A stretch of 64,000 nt of DNA from a virus. The notes under the pieces were generated by a model. That model searched no databases. It was not told the origin of the DNA and saw nothing but the letters and a program-made list of their open reading frames with translations. Position 1 is the first letter of the stretch, and every line of letters starts with the position of its first letter. The DNA lies in IMG/VR virus record IMGVR_UViG_3300009702_000023, positions 1 through 64,000 of that record; one strand, written 5' to 3'. Below are positions 29,016 through 37,809 of this stretch, in pieces. The position numbers were made by a program, and so were the translations under genes.

Positions 29016-30021
29016 AATATTAACATTTACAAACGGCGCTAAGCTTAATACGAGTGATATACAAAAAATCGGTCAAGAAATGTTATACCTTGACCCAGAC
29101 GGTTTTGGTTATGCAATTAAAGGAACTAAAGGCATATTCGGTGAGAAATATATCGGTTCTAAATTCACGGTCAGTATTACCAATACTAAGCCTCTCCCTA
29201 AAATGCTATTAGAGCCTTTAAGAGAAACATTCGGCGAATACTCCAAGATTGATGGCCCCGCGTTGTTCCATGGCCGGACTTCGACTAATTGTCTTAATCT
29301 TAATAATACTCATCCTATACAAAAAAATAATTGGAATTTAATACATAATGGTGTCGTAACCGATCATGGTCCTAAATATAAAATGATTACAACTAATGAC
29401 TCGGAACATGTATTAGAACATTTGATAAACGGTGGCATTAAAGAGGTCTCCGAACATCTCAGCGGGTATTATGCATTTACAGCCATTGACCCTAACGGAT
29501 TACTCCACATTTGTCGTGACGATGTTGCTAAACTCTTCTCCACTTGGTCCCCATCTCACGAAACATATATATTTAGTACCACTCCCGATTTGCTGACTAA
29601 TATAGCTAAATTGTGTAATATTACAATTGACTCAATAGAATTAGTAAAATCAGAAACTTATTCAACCTGGAATAATAATGAATTGATTAATGCCGAGACT
29701 TTTAACTCTCGTGGGTTTACATCACATGAACAAAAACATTCTAAACGCTCATTGGGGTATGATCTCCCGAATTCCGGGGATAATATAGTCGATGTTACAG
29801 ATACGGGTGATAATTATAACTATGATGATTATAATGACGATTATTATAATGAACTGGACTATTTAGACGATGAATATAAAATCTACGACGATCATGGCTC
29901 CCGAATGACGGTCTCCGAATTTTATCAATTAGATGATATTAATCAATTATTATGTACTATTGTGCGTCCTGATGGTACGGAGATTAATTTAACTAAATAC
30001 GAAAAATATTATGCGGGGTGA
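29008..30021 (+). CDS. Class II (Ntn) glutamine amidotransferase
   Basis: N-terminal Cys2, DGFG, HGRTST, NTHP, HNGVV, NDSE. Confidence 0.88.
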   Translation: MCKILTFTNGAKLNTSDIQKIGQEMLYLDPDGFGYAIKGTKGIFGEKYIGSKFTVSITNTKPLPKMLLEPLRETFGEYSKIDGPALFHGRTSTNCLNLNNTHPIQKNNWNLIHNGVVTDHGPKYKMITTNDSEHVLEHLINGGIKEVSEHLSGYYAFTAIDPNGLLHICRDDVAKLFSTWSPSHETYIFSTTPDLLTNIAKLCNITIDSIELVKSETYSTWNNNELINAETFNSRGFTSHEQKHSKRSLGYDLPNSGDNIVDVTDTGDNYNYDDYNDDYYNELDYLDDEYKIYDDHGSRMTVSEFYQLDDINQLLCTIVRPDGTEINLTKYEKYYAG

Positions 30022-30024
30022 TTT

Positions 30025-30219
30025 ATGGACCACATTATAATTGCATTTACTATATGTTTATTATTATATAAATACTTTGGTTTATCATTATTAGGTTGTT
30101 TTTTTATATTAATGTTTCTAGGTATAGGTAAAGAATTTACTGATACTTATGTTTCATATGTTGATTTATTATGCAATACAATCGGTTTTATGTTATTTTA
30201 TGTTTTTACTGAACATTAA
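30025..30219 (+). CDS. Small membrane protein
   Basis: GIGKE..D...DLLCN..G pattern with hydrophobic segments. Confidence 0.5.
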   Translation: MDHIIIAFTICLLLYKYFGLSLLGCFFILMFLGIGKEFTDTYVSYVDLLCNTIGFMLFYVFTEH

Positions 30220-30265
30220 ATCCTAAAATGACGTATAAAACGATTTATAACATACTTCTCCCTTT

Positions 30266-30298
30266 AATATCCCGGTCTTATATGATCGGGGTATTTTT
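30266..30298 (+). terminator. Terminator of the first early operon
   Basis: AATATCCCGGTC-TTATAT-GATCGGGGTATT-TTT. Confidence 0.7.
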
Positions 30299-30383
30299 AA
30301 CTCTAGAGGTAATTTCTCCCGAAACTCGTATTGAGGCAAGTCACTCAAAAATTGTGGTAATTTTTTTCGTTTATATTTTTTTC

Positions 30384-30727
30384 TTGTTGATTCGTCCCGG
30401 CTATCGCTGCTCCCGCTTTTGGCTCCGCAGCGGCCTGACTTATTATTTTGAATTAGCTTTTGGTTTACATTTAATAAAGCTGTCGCTATACCTTATATAT
30501 ATAAAAGGGATGTTTGGATCGCCCCGGTGGCACCTATTTAAGGCTCCTGAGTTTCTTTCTACCCCGTTTGCCCCCACTTATGTATTAGGCTGGTCGACGA
30601 ATAAGCTTTACAGCACTTATTTGCATGCCTGTCTTTAACTCCGATCTTTTAAGACTTCTAGAGTAGGTAGGCTTACCCCTTACATGGTCTTTACAGTAAT
30701 ATTTGTTAATCAACAACACTACTATAC
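30384..30727 (-). ncRNA. Candidate large structured non-coding RNA (~330-345 nt)
   Basis: Sigma-70 promoter and late motif point into a GC-richer block with no sizeable minus-strand ORF; terminal 9-bp stem and many internal stems. Confidence 0.55.
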
Positions 30728-30762
30728 ACATATACTATAGCATAGTGGGTTTAGGATGTCAA
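30694..30762 (-). promoter_or_regulatory. Tandem sigma-70 promoter and late-motif variant
   Basis: TTGACA (30762-30757)-N17-TATAGT (30739-30734) with extended TG; TTAACAAATATTACTG at 30709-30694. Confidence 0.7.
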
Positions 30763-31286
30763 GAATTATTTTTAATATAATAAAGTTGTATTAAAATAAA
30801 AGATGTATTATATTATGTATAAAGGAGTGATAAATGAAACGAGTCTTAAAACGCTTTAAAAGCCTTATAGGATGTGTTGATAGTTATGTGTGTGAAACAC
30901 TAGCCCCGGATGGTAAAAAGGCCGTGTGCAGCCAATGTGGCCTTGTGACGAATAGTTGTGACTCACTTCCATTTTTTCAAAAAAGAGTAGACAAACCCAC
31001 CGACATATATTATTGTGGTTGTCGTGGTTGGAACTAAAAACGGGAGAATATAATATGAAATACATAATACATGATGTGATATTAATAATTTTGATTATTA
31101 TTATTACGGCAATTGGTAATAATTTAATATATGCGGCACAGACTAAAAGGTGTAGCCCCGAAATTACACAACTAGAAAGAACAAGACAAATTAAACAAAT
31201 TGTGGTAAAATTAGATGAGGCAATTAAAAGAGCCAAACTAGACCAGAAAAAAAGAGAAATTGAGTTAAAATTGAGGTAAATAAAAT

Positions 31287-31610
31287 ATGAAAATTTGTAA
31301 TGGTAATTTAACCATAAATAAAGACAATGTTAATGATTTTAAAAACCTTGAAGTTGTAATAGGACGTATAAAATTTGAAAATAAAGTTAAATTTAATGCA
31401 CCTAAATTAAAAATTGTTGGCTCTTGGATTTTTATGAATGAAGGTATGGAGTTTAATGCGCCAAAATTACAAATTATTATGGGAGCTATTAAGATGGTTA
31501 ATAATGCCAAGTTTAATGCACCGAAATTAGAAATAGTCTGTGACTATGTTGGTTTATATAATGGCGCTAAATTAATAGCCCCAAAATTAAAAATAAAGGC
31601 AGGTAAATAA
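31287..31610 (+). CDS. Short LRR-like repeat protein (FNAPKL repeats), paralogue of 36081
   Basis: 22-aa repeats; N-terminus MKI..G.L.INKDNVNDFK.LE shared with 36081. Confidence 0.7.
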   Translation: MKICNGNLTINKDNVNDFKNLEVVIGRIKFENKVKFNAPKLKIVGSWIFMNEGMEFNAPKLQIIMGAIKMVNNAKFNAPKLEIVCDYVGLYNGAKLIAPKLKIKAGK

Positions 31611-32167
31611 TGAAATATCTATTAATTGTATTATCTTTTAGTTTGCTTTATTGTGGCAAATCTCTTCACTACGGGCCGGTATGCCATAGTGAGCTAAGAC
31701 CAGGGGCATTAGACACAGTGCCAACATTGGGCCGTTATGGAGCAATGAGCACCTATCCACTATACTCCTGTGTTAATTCCCCGGACAATGTTGTTGTGGA
31801 GCGAGATGCGAGGGTTATATACTCAGTTTATATACCCAGGGGTCGGAAGCATCGTAAAATATCGTATTCGGCTTATGGCGAATTAACTAATGACGTGGGT
31901 AAACAAATGGAAGTGGATTGGTATTTTGTTTTATCTGATAGCCCGACTAATGTATTAGGCACAGAGATTACAAGACGAAAGGGATATAATATTAGCCCCG
32001 AAATGCACCATGGGATTGTTGGAGAGTCGGGGGTATATGTATTCCCTAAAGAGTTTCATGGTTATTTAAATTTTGTTGTATATTCTGCAAGTGGCGAGTT
32101 AAATTATTTTAACGAGATGGTGAAAGTTGAAACCTATGGTCAAATGTCAGTAGTTAATTTACACTAA
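31610..32167 (+). CDS. Putative lipoprotein / exported protein
   Basis: MKYLLIVLSFSLLYC signal. Confidence 0.5.
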   Translation: MKYLLIVLSFSLLYCGKSLHYGPVCHSELRPGALDTVPTLGRYGAMSTYPLYSCVNSPDNVVVERDARVIYSVYIPRGRKHRKISYSAYGELTNDVGKQMEVDWYFVLSDSPTNVLGTEITRRKGYNISPEMHHGIVGESGVYVFPKEFHGYLNFVVYSASGELNYFNEMVKVETYGQMSVVNLH

Positions 32168-32178
32168 GGGAATATAAT

Positions 32179-33249
32179 ATGAAAGGATATAAAGCATTTA
32201 ATAAAGATTTAACTTGTCGAAAGTTTCAGTTTGAAATTGGCAAAACTTATGAGCATTCGGGAGAATTAAGTTTATGTAACTCGGGTTTTCATTTTTGCAC
32301 CAAATTGGCAGATTGTTTTAGTTATTATATTTTTAGTGATAAACCTATTATTTGCGAAGTTGAAATATTGGGTAAAGTATTAACAGATAGTCAACGAGAC
32401 TCTAAAGCCTGTACTGATAAAATAAAAATTATTAGAAAATTATCATGGGATGAAGTTTTAAATTTAAGCAATTCGGGCTATAATAATTCGGGCTATAATA
32501 ATTCGGGCAATTATAATTCGGGCAATTATAATTCGGGCGATTATAATTCTGGTCATTATAATTCGGGCTATCGTAATTCGGGTCATTATAATTCGGGCAA
32601 TCGTAATTCGGGCAATTATAATTCGGGCGATTATAATTCTGGTCATTATAATTCGGGCTATCGTAATTCGGGCAATTATAATTCGGGCGATTATAATTCG
32701 GGCGATTATAATTCGGGCTATCGTAATTCGGGCAATTATAATTCGGGCTATCGTAATTCGGGCGATTATAATTCGGGCGATTATAATTCGGGCGATTATA
32801 ATTCGGGCTATCGTAATTCGGGCAATTATAATTCGGGCGATTATAATTCGGGCTATCGTAATTCGGGCAATTATAATTCGGGCAATTATAATTCGGGCAA
32901 TTATAATTCGGGCAATTGTAATTCGGGTTTTTTTAACACTAACAATCCTAAACTTAGATTATTTAATAAAGAAACAAATTATGAATCTAGTAATGAGATA
33001 TATAATAAATTACAAAAATTACAAAAATATAGTAAACCCATTTTAATATGGGTTTCAGAAAATAAAATGACTGATCAAGAAAAAAAAGACAATCCTAAAT
33101 ATGAAACAACTAAAGGATATTTAAAATATACTGGCAAACAAAAATGGGATAAATTAAGTAAAGAGGATGAGGATTGGCTTACATCATTGCCCGAATTTGA
33201 CTCTGATATATTTTTTGAATTAACAGGACTAAAACTGGAGAAAAAATAA
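32179..33249 (+). CDS. NSGxx pentapeptide-repeat protein with conserved phage N-terminal domain
   Basis: YKAF..DLTCR.FQFEIGKTY...LC.SGFHFC domain, then 31 NSGxx units. Confidence 0.8.
   Translation: MKGYKAFNKDLTCRKFQFEIGKTYEHSGELSLCNSGFHFCTKLADCFSYYIFSDKPIICEVEILGKVLTDSQRDSKACTDKIKIIRKLSWDEVLNLSNSGYNNSGYNNSGNYNSGNYNSGDYNSGHYNSGYRNSGHYNSGNRNSGNYNSGDYNSGHYNSGYRNSGNYNSGDYNSGDYNSGYRNSGNYNSGYRNSGDYNSGDYNSGDYNSGYRNSGNYNSGDYNSGYRNSGNYNSGNYNSGNYNSGNCNSGFFNTNNPKLRLFNKETNYESSNEIYNKLQKLQKYSKPILIWVSENKMTDQEKKDNPKYETTKGYLKYTGKQKWDKLSKEDEDWLTSLPEFDSDIFFELTGLKLEKK
32470..32934 (+). repeat. 15-bp coding tandem repeat, 31 units
   Basis: AATTCGGGCNNNNNN. Confidence 0.95.
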
Positions 33250-33411
33250 TGACATGGATTATGTTAGCACTTTGTTTACATGGTAGTCCCATGATTGTCA
33301 ATTTCGGGAGTGATAAAAATAAATGTGAGGTTGTTGCTAACGAATTTATAAGGTCAGGCATGAAATGTGATTTTAAATGTTTGAGAATAAAATAAAAGAG
33401 GAGATTAAATA

Positions 33412-34686
33412 ATGATTGAAAAATTAACAGATAAACAAGAAAAATTAGTTTCGGTTTATAGAGATAAATGGCTGGAAATCGGGAGATCAGTTAAACCTAT
33501 AGATAAAGAAAAAACCACAAAGTCAATTAATTGGCTATATAAATTTGGGAAACGTAGTGAAACCCCTTATATGTGGTTTTGTGATAGCCCATTACAAATG
33601 CAATTAATAATTAATTTATTGCGAGATGAAGATTTTAAAAAAGTATTGGTGGAAAATCTTAGGTCTAATCTAGGGTCTAATCTTAGGTCTAATCTTAGGT
33701 TTAATCTAGGGTCTAATTTAGAGTCTAATCTTAGGTCTAATCTAGGGTCTAATCTAGGGTCTAATCTTAGGTCTAATCTAGGGTCTAATCTTAGGTCTAA
33801 TCTAGGGTCTAATTTAGAGTCTAATCTTTGGTCTAATCTAGGGTCTAATCTTTGGTCTAATCTAGGGTCTAATCTTTGGTCTAATCTTAGGTCTAATCTT
33901 AGGTCTAATCTTAGGTCTAATCTAGGGTCTAATCTTAGGTCTAATCTAGGGTCTAATCTTAGGTCTAATCTTTGGTCTAATCTAGGGTCTAATCTTTGGT
34001 CTAATCTAGGGTCTAATTTAGAGTCTAATCTTTGGTCTAATCTTAGGTCTAAAAATTTAAAATTTGAACATTTTTTTAGTCCCAATATTGAATCGTATTG
34101 GGTCGGATATTATGATTATATTTTACATGAATTATTTCCGGAAAAAATAAATGAATTTGAAGAATTTAGTAAAAATTGTATAAATTTTTATAAAAATACA
34201 TATTTAATTGTCCCATTTGAAAATATTTGTTTTATTTCAGAAAGGCCAATAGAATATAATTTAAATGAAGAAGGTAGATTACATAGTTTAGATAAACCAT
34301 CAATGAAATTTAAAGATGGATATGAATTTTATAGTTTAGATGGTATAACTATAGATAAAACAATTATTGATGCTTGTAATGAAAAAACGGAGCCCAATAA
34401 AATATTAAGTTTAAAAAATGTAGAGCAAAGATTAGTTGGAATTAAATATTTTGGAATTGAGAATATGTTAGAACAATTGGGGGGTAAAATTATAGATGAA
34501 TATAAATATTATAAATTATTAGAGGTTGAAATCGAGGGTAGCAAAGAAAAACTATTGCAGATGGAAAATCAAAGTGGTAATCAAATACATTACGAATTTG
34601 TAACTCCCGATATTACTACTTGCAAAAAAGCATTATCTTGGAGAATAGGATTAGATATATATAATGAACCAAAAGCAATCTCATAA
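33412..34686 (+). CDS. DUF6745-like protein with SNL[RGEW] tetrapeptide repeats
   Basis: LT..QE.....YRDKWL..G N-terminus; ISERP...GRLH..D.PS.KF.DG..FY.LDG, NVEQR C-terminus. Confidence 0.75.
   Translation: MIEKLTDKQEKLVSVYRDKWLEIGRSVKPIDKEKTTKSINWLYKFGKRSETPYMWFCDSPLQMQLIINLLRDEDFKKVLVENLRSNLGSNLRSNLRFNLGSNLESNLRSNLGSNLGSNLRSNLGSNLRSNLGSNLESNLWSNLGSNLWSNLGSNLWSNLRSNLRSNLRSNLGSNLRSNLGSNLRSNLWSNLGSNLWSNLGSNLESNLWSNLRSKNLKFEHFFSPNIESYWVGYYDYILHELFPEKINEFEEFSKNCINFYKNTYLIVPFENICFISERPIEYNLNEEGRLHSLDKPSMKFKDGYEFYSLDGITIDKTIIDACNEKTEPNKILSLKNVEQRLVGIKYFGIENMLEQLGGKIIDEYKYYKLLEVEIEGSKEKLLQMENQSGNQIHYEFVTPDITTCKKALSWRIGLDIYNEPKAIS
33655..34050 (+). repeat. 12-bp coding tandem repeat, about 32 units
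   Basis: NNG-TCT-AAT-[CT]TN. Confidence 0.95.
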
Positions 34687-34697
34687 AGGAGAAAATT

Positions 34698-35072
34698 ATG
34701 AAACCATTTAATGAAAGTAAAAAACCGCGAGTTCCAGAAATGAAAAATGCTGGAGATTATGTGCTACACGGAGATGTAGTAATTGAAAAAGTTTCCGAAG
34801 TATCAACGGAATTTTGTGATTTAAAAAAATCTAAAGATTCGACTTTGGCATACGGCGAAGTAACTGGCCATATTCATCAACTAAGCGGGGGTGAATTTGA
34901 TTTGCGTATTGATAAAAAGAACCCAGCAAATAGGCATTTAAAGGTTGTAACGCCCGTTCTATTAAGACATCAAGAACATTTGCCAATTTTATTGCCGCCG
35001 GGAGAATATATTACCAGAATTCAAAAAGAATATGATCCATTTGAAAAAAAGATTAGAGAGGTTCAAGACTAA
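34698..35072 (+). CDS. His-rich partner of the DUF6745-like protein
   Basis: HGDV, LAYGEVTGHIH, HQEH..ILLPPGEY...QKEYDP. Confidence 0.7.
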   Translation: MKPFNESKKPRVPEMKNAGDYVLHGDVVIEKVSEVSTEFCDLKKSKDSTLAYGEVTGHIHQLSGGEFDLRIDKKNPANRHLKVVTPVLLRHQEHLPILLPPGEYITRIQKEYDPFEKKIREVQD

Positions 35073-35416
35073 TGGATTATAAAAAAGTGACACCGGAGAC
35101 ATTTGCTATATATTTAAAAATTGCCAATCAACGAGATAAATTATATCGCCATAAAACGTGTTATATAGCTTATGATTGTAACTCCGGTTTCGCTATCACT
35201 AATAGTGGTCTATTGTGCCATGTATTTAGTTTAAAGCCGGGAGCGGGGCGACTGGCAGTAAAAAAAGCAATTAAACTTGGTGCAATTAGATTATCATGCT
35301 ATAATAAACAACAAGAGATGTATTATGGAACATTTGGGTTCTATACTACCTTTAGATCAAATAATAAATATTGGATGTGTAGAAAAAATATAGGAGGTGC
35401 CGCATGCATAGAATAA
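35072..35416 (+). CDS. GNAT-like protein
   Basis: VFS..PGAGR.....AI..GA..L.C......YY..FGF. Confidence 0.45.
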   Translation: MDYKKVTPETFAIYLKIANQRDKLYRHKTCYIAYDCNSGFAITNSGLLCHVFSLKPGAGRLAVKKAIKLGAIRLSCYNKQQEMYYGTFGFYTTFRSNNKYWMCRKNIGGAACIE

Positions 35417-36080
35417 ATAAACCAAAAGTAATTTTAATCCCAGTTTCAAGACTACAGAAACTAACATTTATTAGTAAATTAGTTAAACTTAAATCCGAAC
35501 ACTGGTCGGGGGAATTGGCGTTGGCCGCATATAATAATAGTGATGAAATTAAACCAATGCTCCAGGAATTGGGGGCTACAGACTACTTCCTAATTGATAA
35601 AGAAAGATTCATTAGTTATGTTAACTTGCATGATCCCGATCTTATGAAAAAAATGAAAAAGGGTTTAGCCGATAAAAGGATTAAATTTGACACAGCGCAC
35701 AATGCTAAAAAAGAGGATTTTATGATTTATGATGTAACTTATGATACATATTGGACATTAGTGTGATATATGAAATATTCAATTGAACTTATAAAATTAT
35801 CAAAATCGGGAAGGGCGGTTAGTCGAAAAGAAAAATTCTTTTATAATATTAAAGATGTAAAAGAATATTATAATCAAGCTAAAAAAGAATTTAATACATT
35901 AATTAATGTTAAATTATATGATAGTACACAAAGCCCTAAATGGACAAAAAAGTGCGATTATATTATTAGTTTACAACAAGATAAAGGTACTTTTTATATT
36001 AGTGAACAAAAAGCGAAAGGATAGAAGATGAATTGGTATTATTTTCAAACAGATACCAGTTTGATAAAAAGGAGTATTTT

Positions 36081-37106
36081 ATGAAAATTCATAAAGGCGA
36101 TTTGTTAATTAATAAAGATAATGTTAATGATTTTAAAGATCTCGAAATTGTAACTGGTTGTGTTTCTATACATGAAAGAGTAAAGTTTATCGCCCCGAAA
36201 TTAAAAACAATTGGTAAATATACCTCGATATCTTATGGGGCAGAATTTACTGCTCCGAAATTAAAAACTATTGGCGGTGATGTATTTATTCAATCGGGGG
36301 GAGAATTTAATGCTCCGAAATTAGAAATTATTAGACAAGAAGTTTATATTAATCCGCAAGGAAAATTTGTAGCCCCCGAATTAGAAATAATTGGGAAGTA
36401 CTTATCACTATATAATGGGGCAGAGTTTAATGTTCCGAGGTTAGAGGCTATCGGAGGCAGAGTCGCCTTATCTAAGGGGGCAAAGCTTCGGGCGGAGAGG
36501 TTGGAGGTTGTCGGAGGTTCTGTCTACGTTTATAGGGGGGCGGAGGCTCGGGCGCCGAGGCTGGGGGTCGTCGGGCATTATGTGTGCTTGTTGGGAGGGG
36601 GTAAGTTGGAGGCACCGGGGTTGGAGATAGACCTATCTTTGGAAGGTCCACTGATCGCAGAGATGAACCTGCGGTTATTATTGTGGCGAAAGGGCTTCGT
36701 TTTAATAGATGGCATCTTATCTAAATTATTAAGTGAGAAAACTGTTGGCGATGTTAATGTAATGAAAGTATTAAACATTGGAGATACTAAACCGTCATAT
36801 ATTGTGGAAAGGAATAATGCATTTGCTCATGGCAATACTATTAAAAAGGCAATAGAGGATATTCGCTACAAAATCGGAGACAGGAATGTATCAGAATTCG
36901 GGGGGTGGAAAGACAATCTTGATCAAGAGATTAGTTTGGATGTCGCTATTACAGGTTATCGAGTTATCACTGGGGCTTGTGAAGCGGGAGTGAGGGGGTT
37001 TATTAATTCAATTAAAGTGCCGAAGAAATTAACGCCTAATGTAATACTTAAATTAACCGAAGGTCAATATGGTAATGACACATTTCGGGAGTTTTTAAAC
37101 AATTAA
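36081..37106 (+). CDS. LRR-like repeat protein with conserved C-terminal domain
   Basis: ATG 36081 after AAGGAG; about eight 22-aa F.APKL..IG repeats; FAHG.T...A, YRVITGAC..G C-terminal domain. Confidence 0.75.
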   Translation: MKIHKGDLLINKDNVNDFKDLEIVTGCVSIHERVKFIAPKLKTIGKYTSISYGAEFTAPKLKTIGGDVFIQSGGEFNAPKLEIIRQEVYINPQGKFVAPELEIIGKYLSLYNGAEFNVPRLEAIGGRVALSKGAKLRAERLEVVGGSVYVYRGAEARAPRLGVVGHYVCLLGGGKLEAPGLEIDLSLEGPLIAEMNLRLLLWRKGFVLIDGILSKLLSEKTVGDVNVMKVLNIGDTKPSYIVERNNAFAHGNTIKKAIEDIRYKIGDRNVSEFGGWKDNLDQEISLDVAITGYRVITGACEAGVRGFINSIKVPKKLTPNVILKLTEGQYGNDTFREFLNN

Positions 37107-37809
37107 TTTGGGAGAAAAAACAATGTTTTTAGGTCAAGAATTTAATGACGGTGATATTGTAAGAGTGAGATTGAAAACCGAAGAACAATTGGATATAGTA
37201 ATGATAAATATGGATGACTATGATAAATTTTCATTTTATACCGCAGAGTTTTGGGGCTTTTTAGGAACAGAGATTGATTGTATTTATAATCAAGAATCGG
37301 GTTTAAAATTTCATGGTGTTGTAATTCCTCAATTTATATGTGACGAAATTATTTCTGGCTATATTAATTGGGCGGAAGTTGAAGATGGGGCGCACTTAAA
37401 TGTTATGTTATTAAGTCCGTATGAAATAGGATATAAAGATCTATATAATATTAATAGTAATGGCAATTTAACTTCTACGGATAACAAAACTATATATAAC
37501 ATTCCAATAGACAATTTTTATCAAAAAAATGTTGAAATCATTTTTAATAAAGAATCAAATAGTTTTTGTTTACGCGGTTATAATCAAAAGCTCCCTTTAG
37601 ACTTGATTAAAAAAATTAATAATCCGGTAAAATCTACACCGAAAACGCCAAATAAATATAAAAAATTAAGATTACCTATTAGTAGAACAGCTTTAATATT
37701 TAAAGAAGATGGTAAAATGCAATTAGGCACTTTAAGTATTAAGAAAAAAGATGCTTTGTTTTTACTTCGCAAATTGGCTATTGAATATAATTATTTAGAG
37801 GAAGAATAA

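Noticed and set aside
30228-30638. 136-aa plus-strand ORF
   Set aside because: No RBS, atypical composition, and it runs through a terminator hairpin; better explained as the antisense of a structured RNA
32470-34050. Tandem repeats as CRISPR arrays
   Set aside because: Units are 15 and 12 bp, in frame within ORFs, with no unique spacers and no cas operon; the Cas4-like gene is a typical stand-alone phage nuclease
33567-34085. Antisense or alternate-frame ORFs over repeats (also 32464, 52045, 52064)
   Set aside because: Stop-free frames are a by-product of the repeat sequence
31287-36700. 31287 ORF as a DGR template for the G-rich patch in 36081
   Set aside because: The two differ at many non-adenine positions, T>C changes are common, and no reverse transcriptase is visible
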